The translations under genes and the position numbers were made by a program. DNA of 64,000 bases from Treponema sp. Its GTDB lineage: Bacteria; Spirochaetota; Spirochaetia; Treponematales; Treponemataceae. The notes beneath the pieces were generated by a model, which was given only the letters and a program-made list of their open reading frames with translations, was not told the DNA's origin and did no database searches. The stretch spans positions 2,403 to 66,402 of the forward strand of contig JAEDCY010000008.1 in assembly GCA_016293915.1 (NCBI GenBank), in the 5' to 3' direction. Numbering within the stretch: position 1 is the first letter of the stretch; every line of letters begins with the position of its first letter. Positions 1-7,445 of the stretch are shown here, piece after piece.

Positions 1-333
1 AACGTGCCGGAAACCTAAGTATTCTTTTAGCGGTTCTTCCAAATCATGCGGCAAAACTGATTTTCGATTCTCTGTTTCTTTGAATATTGAATGAAAAAGT
101 TCGCTGTGCCACATTGTACTTGAGAGTGGAGTTCCATCTGTCGCTTTATGAATCAGTTTGAATATGCTTTCCAGGCCATTGTAAAAGGAGTGGAGAATTG
201 AGCCAGCGGCATTTAAATCAAAAAAGTCTGGTTCTGTGTTTTTGCATTTTGTAAGAAGAAGAGAAGATTTACTGACGAGTGTGTCAATTTTTGAGATTTC
301 AAGATTTATTTTTTCTTTTGTAATCTCATCCAA
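1..333 (-). CDS. hepT: HepT-like HEPN ribonuclease toxin (type VII TA); C-terminal part cut by window edge
   Basis: Not in the supplied ORF track (TTG start, runs off the window). The minus-strand frame is open from TTG at 333 to position 1. The translation LDEITKEKINLEISKIDTLVSK...LKEYLGFRHV reaches the HEPN R-x4-H motif region at the edge. The start overlaps the mntA stop by 8 nt, the usual MntA-HepT layout. Confidence 0.6.
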   Translation of the reverse strand, partial: MDEITKEKINLEISKIDTLVSKSSLLLTKCKNTEPDFFDLNAAGSILHSFYNGLESIFKLIHKATDGTPLSSTMWHSELFHSIFKETENRKSVLPHDLEEPLKEYLGFRHV

Positions 334-598
334 TTTTTTTAAGTTCTCCTACTCTTTGAAGTAAGTCGAAAAAATCTTTTTGATAATCAAAATCAACTAA
401 ATCAACTGGCATTTTTAAGGCTTCTTCCAAATCTGAATGCATGCGGAAAAAGAGCTTTGGAGGCAAACCTTTTACCCCCAAATCTACATCAGAATTATCA
501 TTTGCTTTTCCGGTTGCCTGTGAGCCGAAAAGATAGATTTCAGTGCAGCCTGCATTTTTGAGGATATTCGTTGCTTTTGCAAGAATCATAGCATTCAT
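326..598 (-). CDS. mntA: MntA-like minimal nucleotidyltransferase antitoxin
   Basis: 90-aa ORF with the Pol-beta-type NTase signature LFGSQATGKANDNSDVDLGV (GS-x-G ... D-x-D). It is translationally coupled to the downstream HEPN ORF. Confidence 0.8.
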   Translation of the reverse strand: MNAMILAKATNILKNAGCTEIYLFGSQATGKANDNSDVDLGVKGLPPKLFFRMHSDLEEALKMPVDLVDFDYQKDFFDLLQRVGELKKIG

Positions 599-643
599 AC
601 TGATAATATAACACGATTTATGGAAATTTGATAGATTTTTTTC

Positions 644-1582
644 TTGCGTGAGGTTTCATTGATTTCTGCCGATAATCATAGTATGACTTTACACGAGCTG
701 ACAGATGAATTTCTTTTGTATCTTGGGGCGGTAAGAGGGCTTTCTGAGAATACTGTGAAGGGCTATGGTAACGACCTGGCCTTGCTTCAGGAATTTTTGA
801 CTCCGACGCTGGATGTAAAATCTATCACACGGGAAAATCTTATGCTCTGCATAGGGCGGTTGTCGGCTTCGAAAAAGTCGGCGGCTACGGTCAACCGTTT
901 TATTGCGGCGGTTCGTACTCTTTTTGCCTATGCGAAAAAGCTTGGTTATATTGAAAAAAATCCGGCTCTGGAAATGAAGACTGTAAAGCTGCCAAAGCGC
1001 ATGCCAAACTTTATGACGACCAATGAGGTGAACGAACTTTGCGCTGAGCCTGTAAAGGATGAGCTTTTGTGGGCCAGCCGCGACCATGCGCTTTTTCTCA
1101 TGCTTTATTCTTCGGGCTGCCGTGCCAGCGAAATTGTGAGCCTTAAATTATCTGATTTTATGGATGGAGGCCGCTCGGCAATTGTTACGGGAAAGGGCAA
1201 TAAGCAGCGTAAGGTTTATTTTGATGCTGCGGCGCGGCAGGCTCTTGCTGAATATCTTGCGGACAGGAAAAAGGTGCTGGCAGAAAATAAAGTGGAGCCG
1301 GCGCCGCGGGAATTATTTATTAATCAGAAGGGTGGAGCGCTTACGACCGGCGGCCTTCGTTATATTTTGAACCGCTATTCCGGCGTGGAAGGAACTAATC
1401 ATCATATTAATCCGCACGCTTTCCGCCACACTTTTGCAACTACTATGCTGGGGAATGGGGCGGATGTAAGAATGGTTCAGGAAATGCTTGGCCACAGTTC
1501 CATTAGTACGACTCAGCGCTATACTCACATCACGACTGAAAAATTGATTGAAACTTACAATAAGGCACATCCACATTCTTAG
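644..1582 (+). CDS. xerC: tyrosine site-specific recombinase XerC/XerD (CodV-like position upstream of hslVU)
   Basis: Carries the C-terminal catalytic block HAFRHTFATTMLGNGADVRMVQEMLGHSSISTTQRYTHI (H-x-x-R ... Y). Its position upstream of hslV-hslU matches the Bacillus codV-clpQ-clpY arrangement. An ATG at 683 (MTLHELTDEF) is an alternative start. Confidence 0.85.
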   Translation: MREVSLISADNHSMTLHELTDEFLLYLGAVRGLSENTVKGYGNDLALLQEFLTPTLDVKSITRENLMLCIGRLSASKKSAATVNRFIAAVRTLFAYAKKLGYIEKNPALEMKTVKLPKRMPNFMTTNEVNELCAEPVKDELLWASRDHALFLMLYSSGCRASEIVSLKLSDFMDGGRSAIVTGKGNKQRKVYFDAAARQALAEYLADRKKVLAENKVEPAPRELFINQKGGALTTGGLRYILNRYSGVEGTNHHINPHAFRHTFATTMLGNGADVRMVQEMLGHSSISTTQRYTHITTEKLIETYNKAHPHS

Positions 1583-1591
1583 GATATTTTA

Positions 1592-2117
1592 GGCGTTCCC
1601 CCAGCCGGGGCTATGCCCCGGCTGGGGTCGGCTGTTCCACACTTCGCTCACGCTCACCGTCCTCACTCAGTCGCTCGTAAACTCGCTCCTTTGTTCCGGT
1701 CGGCGCCTACGGCGGTGTTCCATAGCCTAACGCTACGGGCTCGCAGGCGGGCCTTCTTTATTTATAGAAATCTGAATATATTTTTTGAGTGTTTTTCCGT
1801 CAAAAACTTGCTTTTGAAGAGATTTGACGGAAAATCCGCCGGATATACAAAGAAAAATCACAGAATGGATCCGGCAAAAATCGCATAATCCAAGTTTTTG
1901 ACGGAAATTTCGCGAAAAAAGAATCTGTTTTACACGATTAATATTATATATGAACTGCTGCGTTAGGGCATGGAGCCACCGAGCAGCCGCAGGCTGCGAA
2001 GGGCCACTGGACTGAGGAGCGAACGAAATGAGCGACGAGGGAAGAGGCTGGAGCGATAGCGGAATGGCGGAACGCCCGACCCGGCGGCGGAACGGAGTGG
2101 AGCCGGCGGGGAACGCC
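1592..2117. repeat. MITE-like element: about 165-nt imperfect GC-rich inverted arms (1592-1753 and 1957-2117) around an AT-rich core
   Basis: The termini are complementary (ggcgttcccc... at 1592, ...ggggaacgcc at 2108-2117) and the arms align by eye as a reverse complement, with blocks such as ccatagcctaacgc / gcgttagggcatgg. The left arm starts with a perfect 13-bp hairpin at 1598-1626. The core holds three copies of TTTGACGGAAA (1792-1807 inverted, 1821-1837, 1894-1911). Confidence 0.55.
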
Positions 2118-2189
2118 CGGATGATTCAAATCTTTTTTCTAACTATTTTTTATTTGCCCTTTGACGTCTAAATCATTATATTTTAACTT

Positions 2190-2735
2190 ATGGGAAATAA
2201 AACAAAAATCAGAAGTACGACTATTCTTGCTGTCCGCAGAAACGGGCAGGTTGCTATGGCTGGTGATGGCCAGTGTACTTTGGGCGAGACTGTTTGTAAG
2301 GGAAACTCTCGCAAGGTTCGAAAAATTTATGACGGAAAGATTCTCACCGGCTTTGCGGGCTCTGTGGCAGACGCATTTACTCTGCTGGATCGCTTTGAAG
2401 CCAAGGTGAAGGAATATAACGGCGACATTATGCGCTCTGCTGTTGAGCTTGCCAAGGCCTGGCGTACGGACCGCACTCTGCAGAAGCTTGAGGCTATGCT
2501 TCTAGTTGCCGACAAAAAGCAGATTCTTTTGATTAGTGGTGATGGTAACGTTATTGAGCCTGAGCACGACGCAATTGCAATCGGTTCAGGCGGTAACTAT
2601 GCTTATTCTGCGGCCCTCGCTTATCTTGATTCTTCGGATTTGAGCGCTAAGGAAATTGCGGAGCGTTCGCTCAATATTGCAGGCAGCATCTGTATTTACA
2701 CAAATCAGAATTTGACTGTTGAGACTTTGGAATAA
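2190..2735 (+). CDS. hslV: ATP-dependent protease subunit HslV
   Basis: Near-colinear with known HslV: [47 protein letters not shown]. Confidence 0.95.
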   Translation: MGNKTKIRSTTILAVRRNGQVAMAGDGQCTLGETVCKGNSRKVRKIYDGKILTGFAGSVADAFTLLDRFEAKVKEYNGDIMRSAVELAKAWRTDRTLQKLEAMLLVADKKQILLISGDGNVIEPEHDAIAIGSGGNYAYSAALAYLDSSDLSAKEIAERSLNIAGSICIYTNQNLTVETLE

Positions 2736-2761
2736 TATTTCCGTCATCATGAATAATGGTT

Positions 2762-2840
2762 GTCATTCAGAACAATTGATGTCATCCCGAACTTGTTTCG
2801 GGATCTTCTGGTAGATGCTGAAACAAGTTCAGCATGACGG
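2762..2840. repeat. Family A double-hairpin repeat (copy a)
   Basis: gtcatCCCgaacttgtttcGGGatc (2781-2805) and gatGCTgaaacaagttcAGCatgac (2814-2838), preceded by a degenerate third unit. It differs from the copy at 60212-60269 at 3 of 60 positions. Confidence 0.8.
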
Positions 2841-2867
2841 TTTTGGATGACGCTGACAGGACTTTAT

Positions 2868-4406
2868 ATGAAAACTATCGAAAACAAAACAGAACTTACA
2901 CCAAAACAGATTGTAGAGAGACTGGACTCATATATCATAGGGCAGGAAAAGGCTAAGCGTGCCGTTGCAGTTGCTCTTCGTAACCGCTTCCGCCGCCTCA
3001 AATTGCCGGAAGAAATTCGCGATGAAGTTGCACCTAAAAATATTTTGATGATTGGACCAACAGGTTGCGGTAAAACAGAAATTGCCCGCCGTCTTGCAAA
3101 GCTCTGTGGCGCGCCTTTCCTCAAGGTTGAAGCTACAAAATACACCGAAGTGGGCTACGTTGGCCGCGATGTAGAAAGCATGATTCGCGACCTTATGGCA
3201 GTTGGCTACAACGACGTTAAAGCCGAGATGGAAGAGCAGCTGCGCGAGAAGTCTGTCAGCGTTGTTGAAGAAAAGCTTCTCGATCTCCTGCTTCCTGGAA
3301 GCGACAAAAAAGACGACAAGAAGGCTAAAGGCGACGGTAATGGCTCCGACGGTAAGATGGAAATCAAACCACTTGGATTTTTGTCTCAGCCTAATCCTAA
3401 TGAAATTACAATTGATTTGAATAAGGTTGCCTCTGATATGCAGGAGGCTTTGAATCAGGCAAATCAGACCGCTGCAGAACAGCAGAAAGCTGATGAAGAT
3501 TCTGTAGAAAAAGAGCGTGAAAATCATACACGCGAAAAGTTCCGTCAGATGCTGCGCGAGGGCAAACTGGAAGACCGCGAGGTTGAAATGGTTGTTCACC
3601 GCCCTCAGGGAATGCCAAATATGGAAATTATTGCCGGTGGCAGCATAGATGACCTTCAGAACAGCATGCAGGGAATCTTGAATATGATGAACGGCCAGGG
3701 CCGCGGTAAAAAGCGCAACATCACAGTAAAGGAAGCCCGCAAGATTCTTACCGAAGAAGTTCTGGACAATATGGTAGATCACGATAAGGTTGCCGACGAA
3801 GCCAAAAAGCGTGTAGAGCAGAGCGGAATTATCTTTATTGATGAAATTGATAAGATTGCCGTTCACGGTGAAAGCCACGGACAGGACGTAAGCCGCGAAG
3901 GAGTTCAGCGTGATATTCTTCCGATTGTCGAAGGAAGTAACGTCAATACAAAGTTTGGCGTAGTTGATACAACTCACATTCTCTTTATTGCTGCCGGAGC
4001 CTTCAGTGTTGCAGCTCCTAGCGATTTGATTCCGGAACTTCAGGGCCGCTTCCCGCTTCGTGTAGAGCTCGATTCTCTCCACAAGGAAGACTTTAAGCGC
4101 ATCCTCAGCGAGCCTAAGAACAGCCTGATTATGCAGTATACTTCACTGCTTGAAACAGAAGGTGTAAAGCTTGACATCACAGAAGATGCCCTCGACCGCA
4201 TGAGTGTGGTTGCAGAAGAAGTTAATGCTACTGCCGAAAATATCGGAGCCCGCCGCCTTCACACAATCATGGAAAAGGTTCTTGCCGATATCAACTTTGA
4301 AGCAGACGAACACAAGGGCGAAACAATCAAGATTGATGCTGCCTATGTAGATGAAAAACTCGAAGGCATCAGCCAGAATCAGGATTTGAGCAGATATATT
4401 TTGTAG
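2868..4406 (+). CDS. hslU: ATP-dependent protease ATPase subunit HslU
   Basis: Motifs seen: LTPKQIVERLDSYIIGQEKAKRAVAVALRNR, Walker A GPTGCGKTEIARRLA, IIFIDEIDKI, FIAAGAF. The start is set at ATG 2868, because the track start at 2847 extends into the upstream repeat. The I-domain is long and carries a K/D/G-rich insert. Confidence 0.95.
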   Translation: MKTIENKTELTPKQIVERLDSYIIGQEKAKRAVAVALRNRFRRLKLPEEIRDEVAPKNILMIGPTGCGKTEIARRLAKLCGAPFLKVEATKYTEVGYVGRDVESMIRDLMAVGYNDVKAEMEEQLREKSVSVVEEKLLDLLLPGSDKKDDKKAKGDGNGSDGKMEIKPLGFLSQPNPNEITIDLNKVASDMQEALNQANQTAAEQQKADEDSVEKERENHTREKFRQMLREGKLEDREVEMVVHRPQGMPNMEIIAGGSIDDLQNSMQGILNMMNGQGRGKKRNITVKEARKILTEEVLDNMVDHDKVADEAKKRVEQSGIIFIDEIDKIAVHGESHGQDVSREGVQRDILPIVEGSNVNTKFGVVDTTHILFIAAGAFSVAAPSDLIPELQGRFPLRVELDSLHKEDFKRILSEPKNSLIMQYTSLLETEGVKLDITEDALDRMSVVAEEVNATAENIGARRLHTIMEKVLADINFEADEHKGETIKIDAAYVDEKLEGISQNQDLSRYIL

Positions 4407-4621
4407 AATGAATCGTCAAATTTGTGGCATTTTTCTTTTTCAATATAGTGGGGAGCCTAAAACTGTATTCTTTTAATTGTTTGTAAAAATAGTTTTAAGG
4501 AATCTTACAGTAATGTTTGTTGATTTTATCATAATTGAAATATAAAATTGAAGATAGTAAAAACATCTGCATGAATACAAAATAATGATTAATACAATAA
4601 CAGTACTAAAGGAGTTTAGAT

Positions 4622-5227
4622 TTGAGATTCTTTTCATATAAACTTACACATGATGACGGTTTAGCTCCTAATCCATTTTGGGAATTTCTGACACTTGCTG
4701 TTTGTAAACCTGAAATTAGAGAAAATAGAAATATCGGAGATTGGATAGCAGGTTTTTCTTCAAAAGAATTAGATTCTTCCTGTGAAATTGGAAAAGAAAA
4801 ACTTATTTATTTAATGAAAGTTACTGGGAAGATTCCATTTTCAAAGTATTGGAATGACCCTAAATATGATATAAAAAAGCCAGATTTAGCTTCCTCTGAT
4901 TTAAGAAAACATGTTGGGGATAATATTTATAAACCGGTTCGAATGGAATATGAGCAAGTGCCTAATGTGCGTCATTGTAGTTCAGATATGGATAAAGATT
5001 TGAAAAGTAAACAGGTGTTACTGTCTGATGAATTTTACTATTTTGGGGCTAGTGCTATCGAACTTCCAGATGATATTCGTCCAAAAATTCCATTTGGACA
5101 AAGTTCGAATGGATACGAAACAACTGATGTTCAATGTATAAATAATCTTCTGAAATATGTTTCGAATAATTATAAGACAGGAATGATAGATTACCCCACT
5201 TCATGGGGTAGGAAGACACAAATATAA
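4622..5227 (+). CDS. hypothetical protein, possible Nmad2-family (nucleotide-modification-associated domain 2)
   Basis: TTG start preceded by the RBS aaaggag. The N-terminus FSYKLTHDDGLAPNPFWEFLTLAVCKPEIRENRNIGDWIAGF matches my recollection of the Nmad2 signature (Y-x4-D-x-G-x-APNPF ... TLA-x-CKP-x-IR ... GDWI-x-G). It lies in a visibly AT-rich islet. Confidence 0.55.
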   Translation: MRFFSYKLTHDDGLAPNPFWEFLTLAVCKPEIRENRNIGDWIAGFSSKELDSSCEIGKEKLIYLMKVTGKIPFSKYWNDPKYDIKKPDLASSDLRKHVGDNIYKPVRMEYEQVPNVRHCSSDMDKDLKSKQVLLSDEFYYFGASAIELPDDIRPKIPFGQSSNGYETTDVQCINNLLKYVSNNYKTGMIDYPTSWGRKTQI

Positions 5228-5257
5228 ATTTGTTTCGTATATAAAACTGACTTTGTG

Positions 5258-5266
5258 TGGTATAAT
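5258..5266 (+). promoter_or_regulatory. extended -10 promoter element (TGgTATAAT) for the two-gene cassette
   Basis: TGGTATAAT at 5258-5266, followed by RBS AAGGAGG (5273-5279) and ATG at 5286. No good -35 was seen. Confidence 0.4.
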
Positions 5267-5285
5267 ACTTTCAAGGAGGATGAAA

Positions 5286-5558
5286 ATGTTTTACCAGTAT
5301 GTAGAATTAGCAGATAAAACTATTATAGCTCATTCAGAGATTAAGAATAATAATGGCAATAAATCTGTAGAAGTGCAGTTTGAACGTCCTCGGTCTGAGG
5401 GGGGCTTTTGTTCTGCGCGTTGTGAATTGCCTTCGTATAAATGGATTTTTAATGAATACTTTACAGATGATGATTTGCACTTTTTCGAGCAGTTTCTTGA
5501 ACATAATGCGCATACTTTATTTAAATATGCGGAGTGCGGAGGTATAAAAATTGCCTAA
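5286..5558 (+). CDS. small hypothetical protein (first gene of a TA-like two-gene cassette)
   Basis: The ORF has a strong RBS AAGGAGG 6 nt upstream of ATG 5286, and its stop overlaps the downstream TTG start by 8 nt. I recognise no family. Confidence 0.55.
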   Translation: MFYQYVELADKTIIAHSEIKNNNGNKSVEVQFERPRSEGGFCSARCELPSYKWIFNEYFTDDDLHFFEQFLEHNAHTLFKYAECGGIKIA

Positions 5559-5829
5559 TATACTTCGAATAGGAAGTTATTATGTTTATTTCTGGATGAA
5601 TGAAAACTCCGAACCTGTACATGTACATGTTAATGAAGGTAGTCCAGATGTGAATTCAACAAAACTGTGGCTTACAAAAGCTGGCGGTTGTATTGAGGCT
5701 AATAATAACAGTCATATTCCCAAAACAAAACTGAACAAAATAAAAGAAATCGTTTCCAATAACCATTTTTATATTTGTCAGAAATGGGTTGAAATATTCG
5801 GAAACGATTCTTTGAAGTTTTATTGTTAA
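5551..5829 (+). CDS. DUF4160-family small protein
   Basis: The N-terminus MPNILRIGSYYVYFWMNENSEPVHVHVNEG fits the DUF4160 pattern (MP-x-I ... F-x-F ... E-x-x-P-x-H-x-H). TTG start with GGAGG 8 nt upstream. Confidence 0.65.
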   Translation: MPNILRIGSYYVYFWMNENSEPVHVHVNEGSPDVNSTKLWLTKAGGCIEANNNSHIPKTKLNKIKEIVSNNHFYICQKWVEIFGNDSLKFYC

Positions 5830-5832
5830 TTT

Positions 5833-6591
5833 CTATCTGAAAAGCTGCGGGAAATCTGCGGCTTTTTTTACGGCTTCTTCGAGTGGTAGTCCAGTAAATG
5901 ATTGTGCACCCAGGTTGCGGCCACTCTTTTTGTCGTCAATAAAGGCTCCCACAACGATTCCTGGAATTACACTGTCCGGGTCGTTTGGAGCGTTTGGACC
6001 GCCTAAGTCTGTGCGGCACCAGCCCGGGTCTGTAAGGTTGATGCAGACATCTGTGCCATCCAACTTGCCGGCCAGGTCACTTGTTACCTTGTCCAGGGCT
6101 GCTTTACTTGCAGAGTAGCCTGCCTGCTCCGGTTCGTTACGGATTCCGCTTGTTGTGTTGATTACACGGCCCCAGCCTCGCTCTATCATTTTTGGAATAA
6201 AGTGATAGCAGAGCATCATTGGGGCAATAGTATTGATTACAAAGCTCTTTTCGTAATCTTCTGCAGGGGTTTTCCAGTAGTCGGTGCGGTAGGCAATCTG
6301 AACTGCGGCATCGTTAAAAAGAATATCTACAGGTTTTCCGTGGGCATCAATTTCTTCTATCATTTTCTGAACTTGTGAAAGGTCAGAAAGTTCTGCGGCT
6401 ATATCATAAGCTTCTACGCCCATTGCTTTGACCTCTGCGAGAACGGCTGCAGTGTGTTCAAGCGAACGGCTGTGCAAAATCAAATTACAGCCCTTGCTTG
6501 CCATAAACTTTGCGATTCTGTAGCCGATTCCACGGTTTGCGCCGGTTACCAGCGCCCATTTTCCTTTTACGTCTGTCATAATTTTCTCCAA
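5833..6591 (-). CDS. short-chain dehydrogenase/reductase (SDR) family oxidoreductase
   Basis: Cofactor motif VTGANRGIGYRIA and the catalytic YSASKAAL. Confidence 0.85.
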   Translation of the reverse strand: MEKIMTDVKGKWALVTGANRGIGYRIAKFMASKGCNLILHSRSLEHTAAVLAEVKAMGVEAYDIAAELSDLSQVQKMIEEIDAHGKPVDILFNDAAVQIAYRTDYWKTPAEDYEKSFVINTIAPMMLCYHFIPKMIERGWGRVINTTSGIRNEPEQAGYSASKAALDKVTSDLAGKLDGTDVCINLTDPGWCRTDLGGPNAPNDPDSVIPGIVVGAFIDDKKSGRNLGAQSFTGLPLEEAVKKAADFPQLFR

Positions 6592-6729
6592 AAATAATAT
6601 AAAAACAAAGATGAAAAGGATAATAAAGATAAGATTTTCCTAACTGTACAACCAGGAACTTCAAAAGTTAAATGAGTTTTAAAACTTCAGCGCTATCTTT
6701 AAAATCTTTTCATCTTTTATATCTTGTTT

Positions 6730-7121
6730 CTATTTCATCCTTTCAATTATCTCATCGCACCACTTGTCAAAATCCGGGTCTTCTACCTGGCATTCGGGGT
6801 GGGCGAGAACGTATTCTATTGTCTCTCTGATTCCCTGATCTGCTCGTTTCGTTGCCACAAAATCAGGAACAAGCGACTTTAATTTACTGCAGTTAAAAAC
6901 AACAGAGTTTGCCTTGTCTCCGTGAACTCCGAGAGGCACGCTTCTTGCATCATAAGTGTGACTCGGGCGGATAATCGTTACAGGGAAGTTCTCTTCTCGG
7001 TAAAGCTTCATCAGATAATCTTCGCAGGCAACGTCAAAGGTCATGCCATTCAGCTTTTCAGCCGCAGCTTAGATATTGCTATGCTGATAGTGCCGGTTCC
7101 GCCTATGAATAGTGCTTTCAT
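6730..7121 (-). pseudogene. NAD-dependent epimerase/dehydratase remnant with internal deletion
   Basis: An intact RBS, ATG (7121) and Rossmann start MKALFIGGTGTISIAIS run into a stop after 23 codons. The next ORF (6730-7044) encodes only a C-terminal part (VTIIRPSHTYD...VLAHP). The roughly 130-200 aa in between are missing. Confidence 0.7.
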
Positions 7122-7149
7122 AAGATCTCCATAATTAATTATAAAATGC

Positions 7150-7253
7150 GTGAGGGATTGTAGGGGCGCGAAGCGGCCACCGCAACGAAGTGAGGAGGCT
7201 GGAGCGACAGCGGAACCCCGAAAAGCCCGACGGCAGCTGGCTGCCGTCACGCC
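7150..7253. repeat. solo copy of the GC-rich, T-poor repeat arm (family D)
   Basis: gcgaagcggccaccgcaacgaagtgaggaggctggagcgacagcggaac parallels the right arm at 1990-2090 (gcgaagggccactgg...gaggctggagcgatagcggaa). It ends in a perfect 9-bp hairpin gacggcagc-tg-gctgccgtc (7229-7248). Confidence 0.6.
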
Positions 7254-7445
7254 CATTTGTTTTTACAGACTAGCCTTTCCGCCAAAGAGCAACGGTGTTA
7301 TCAGCTTCTGCGGTGTTTTTTTATTTATGTGAATATTTTACCCCGTTTTTTTAAATCAAAAATAAATCATCTCTGATTAAATTGTATGAATCTATATTTT
7401 TCCTTATCTTTCAAAAAACTATACATTTTGCTATACTAAAGGAAT

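Noticed and set aside
1613-2129. ORFs 1613-1888 and 1944-2129 (and 7050-7256 / 7150-7332) inside GC-rich repeats
   Set aside because: They lie inside the inverted repeat arms, are Arg/Ala/Pro-rich as expected from GC-rich non-coding DNA, and have no RBS. Only the first 23 codons of 7050-7256 are meaningful, as the pseudogene N-terminus.
2928-4082. 384-aa ORF antisense to hslU
   Set aside because: It lies entirely within a well-supported hslU reading frame, its composition is low-complexity and hydrophobic, and I recognise no motifs. This is a typical shadow ORF.
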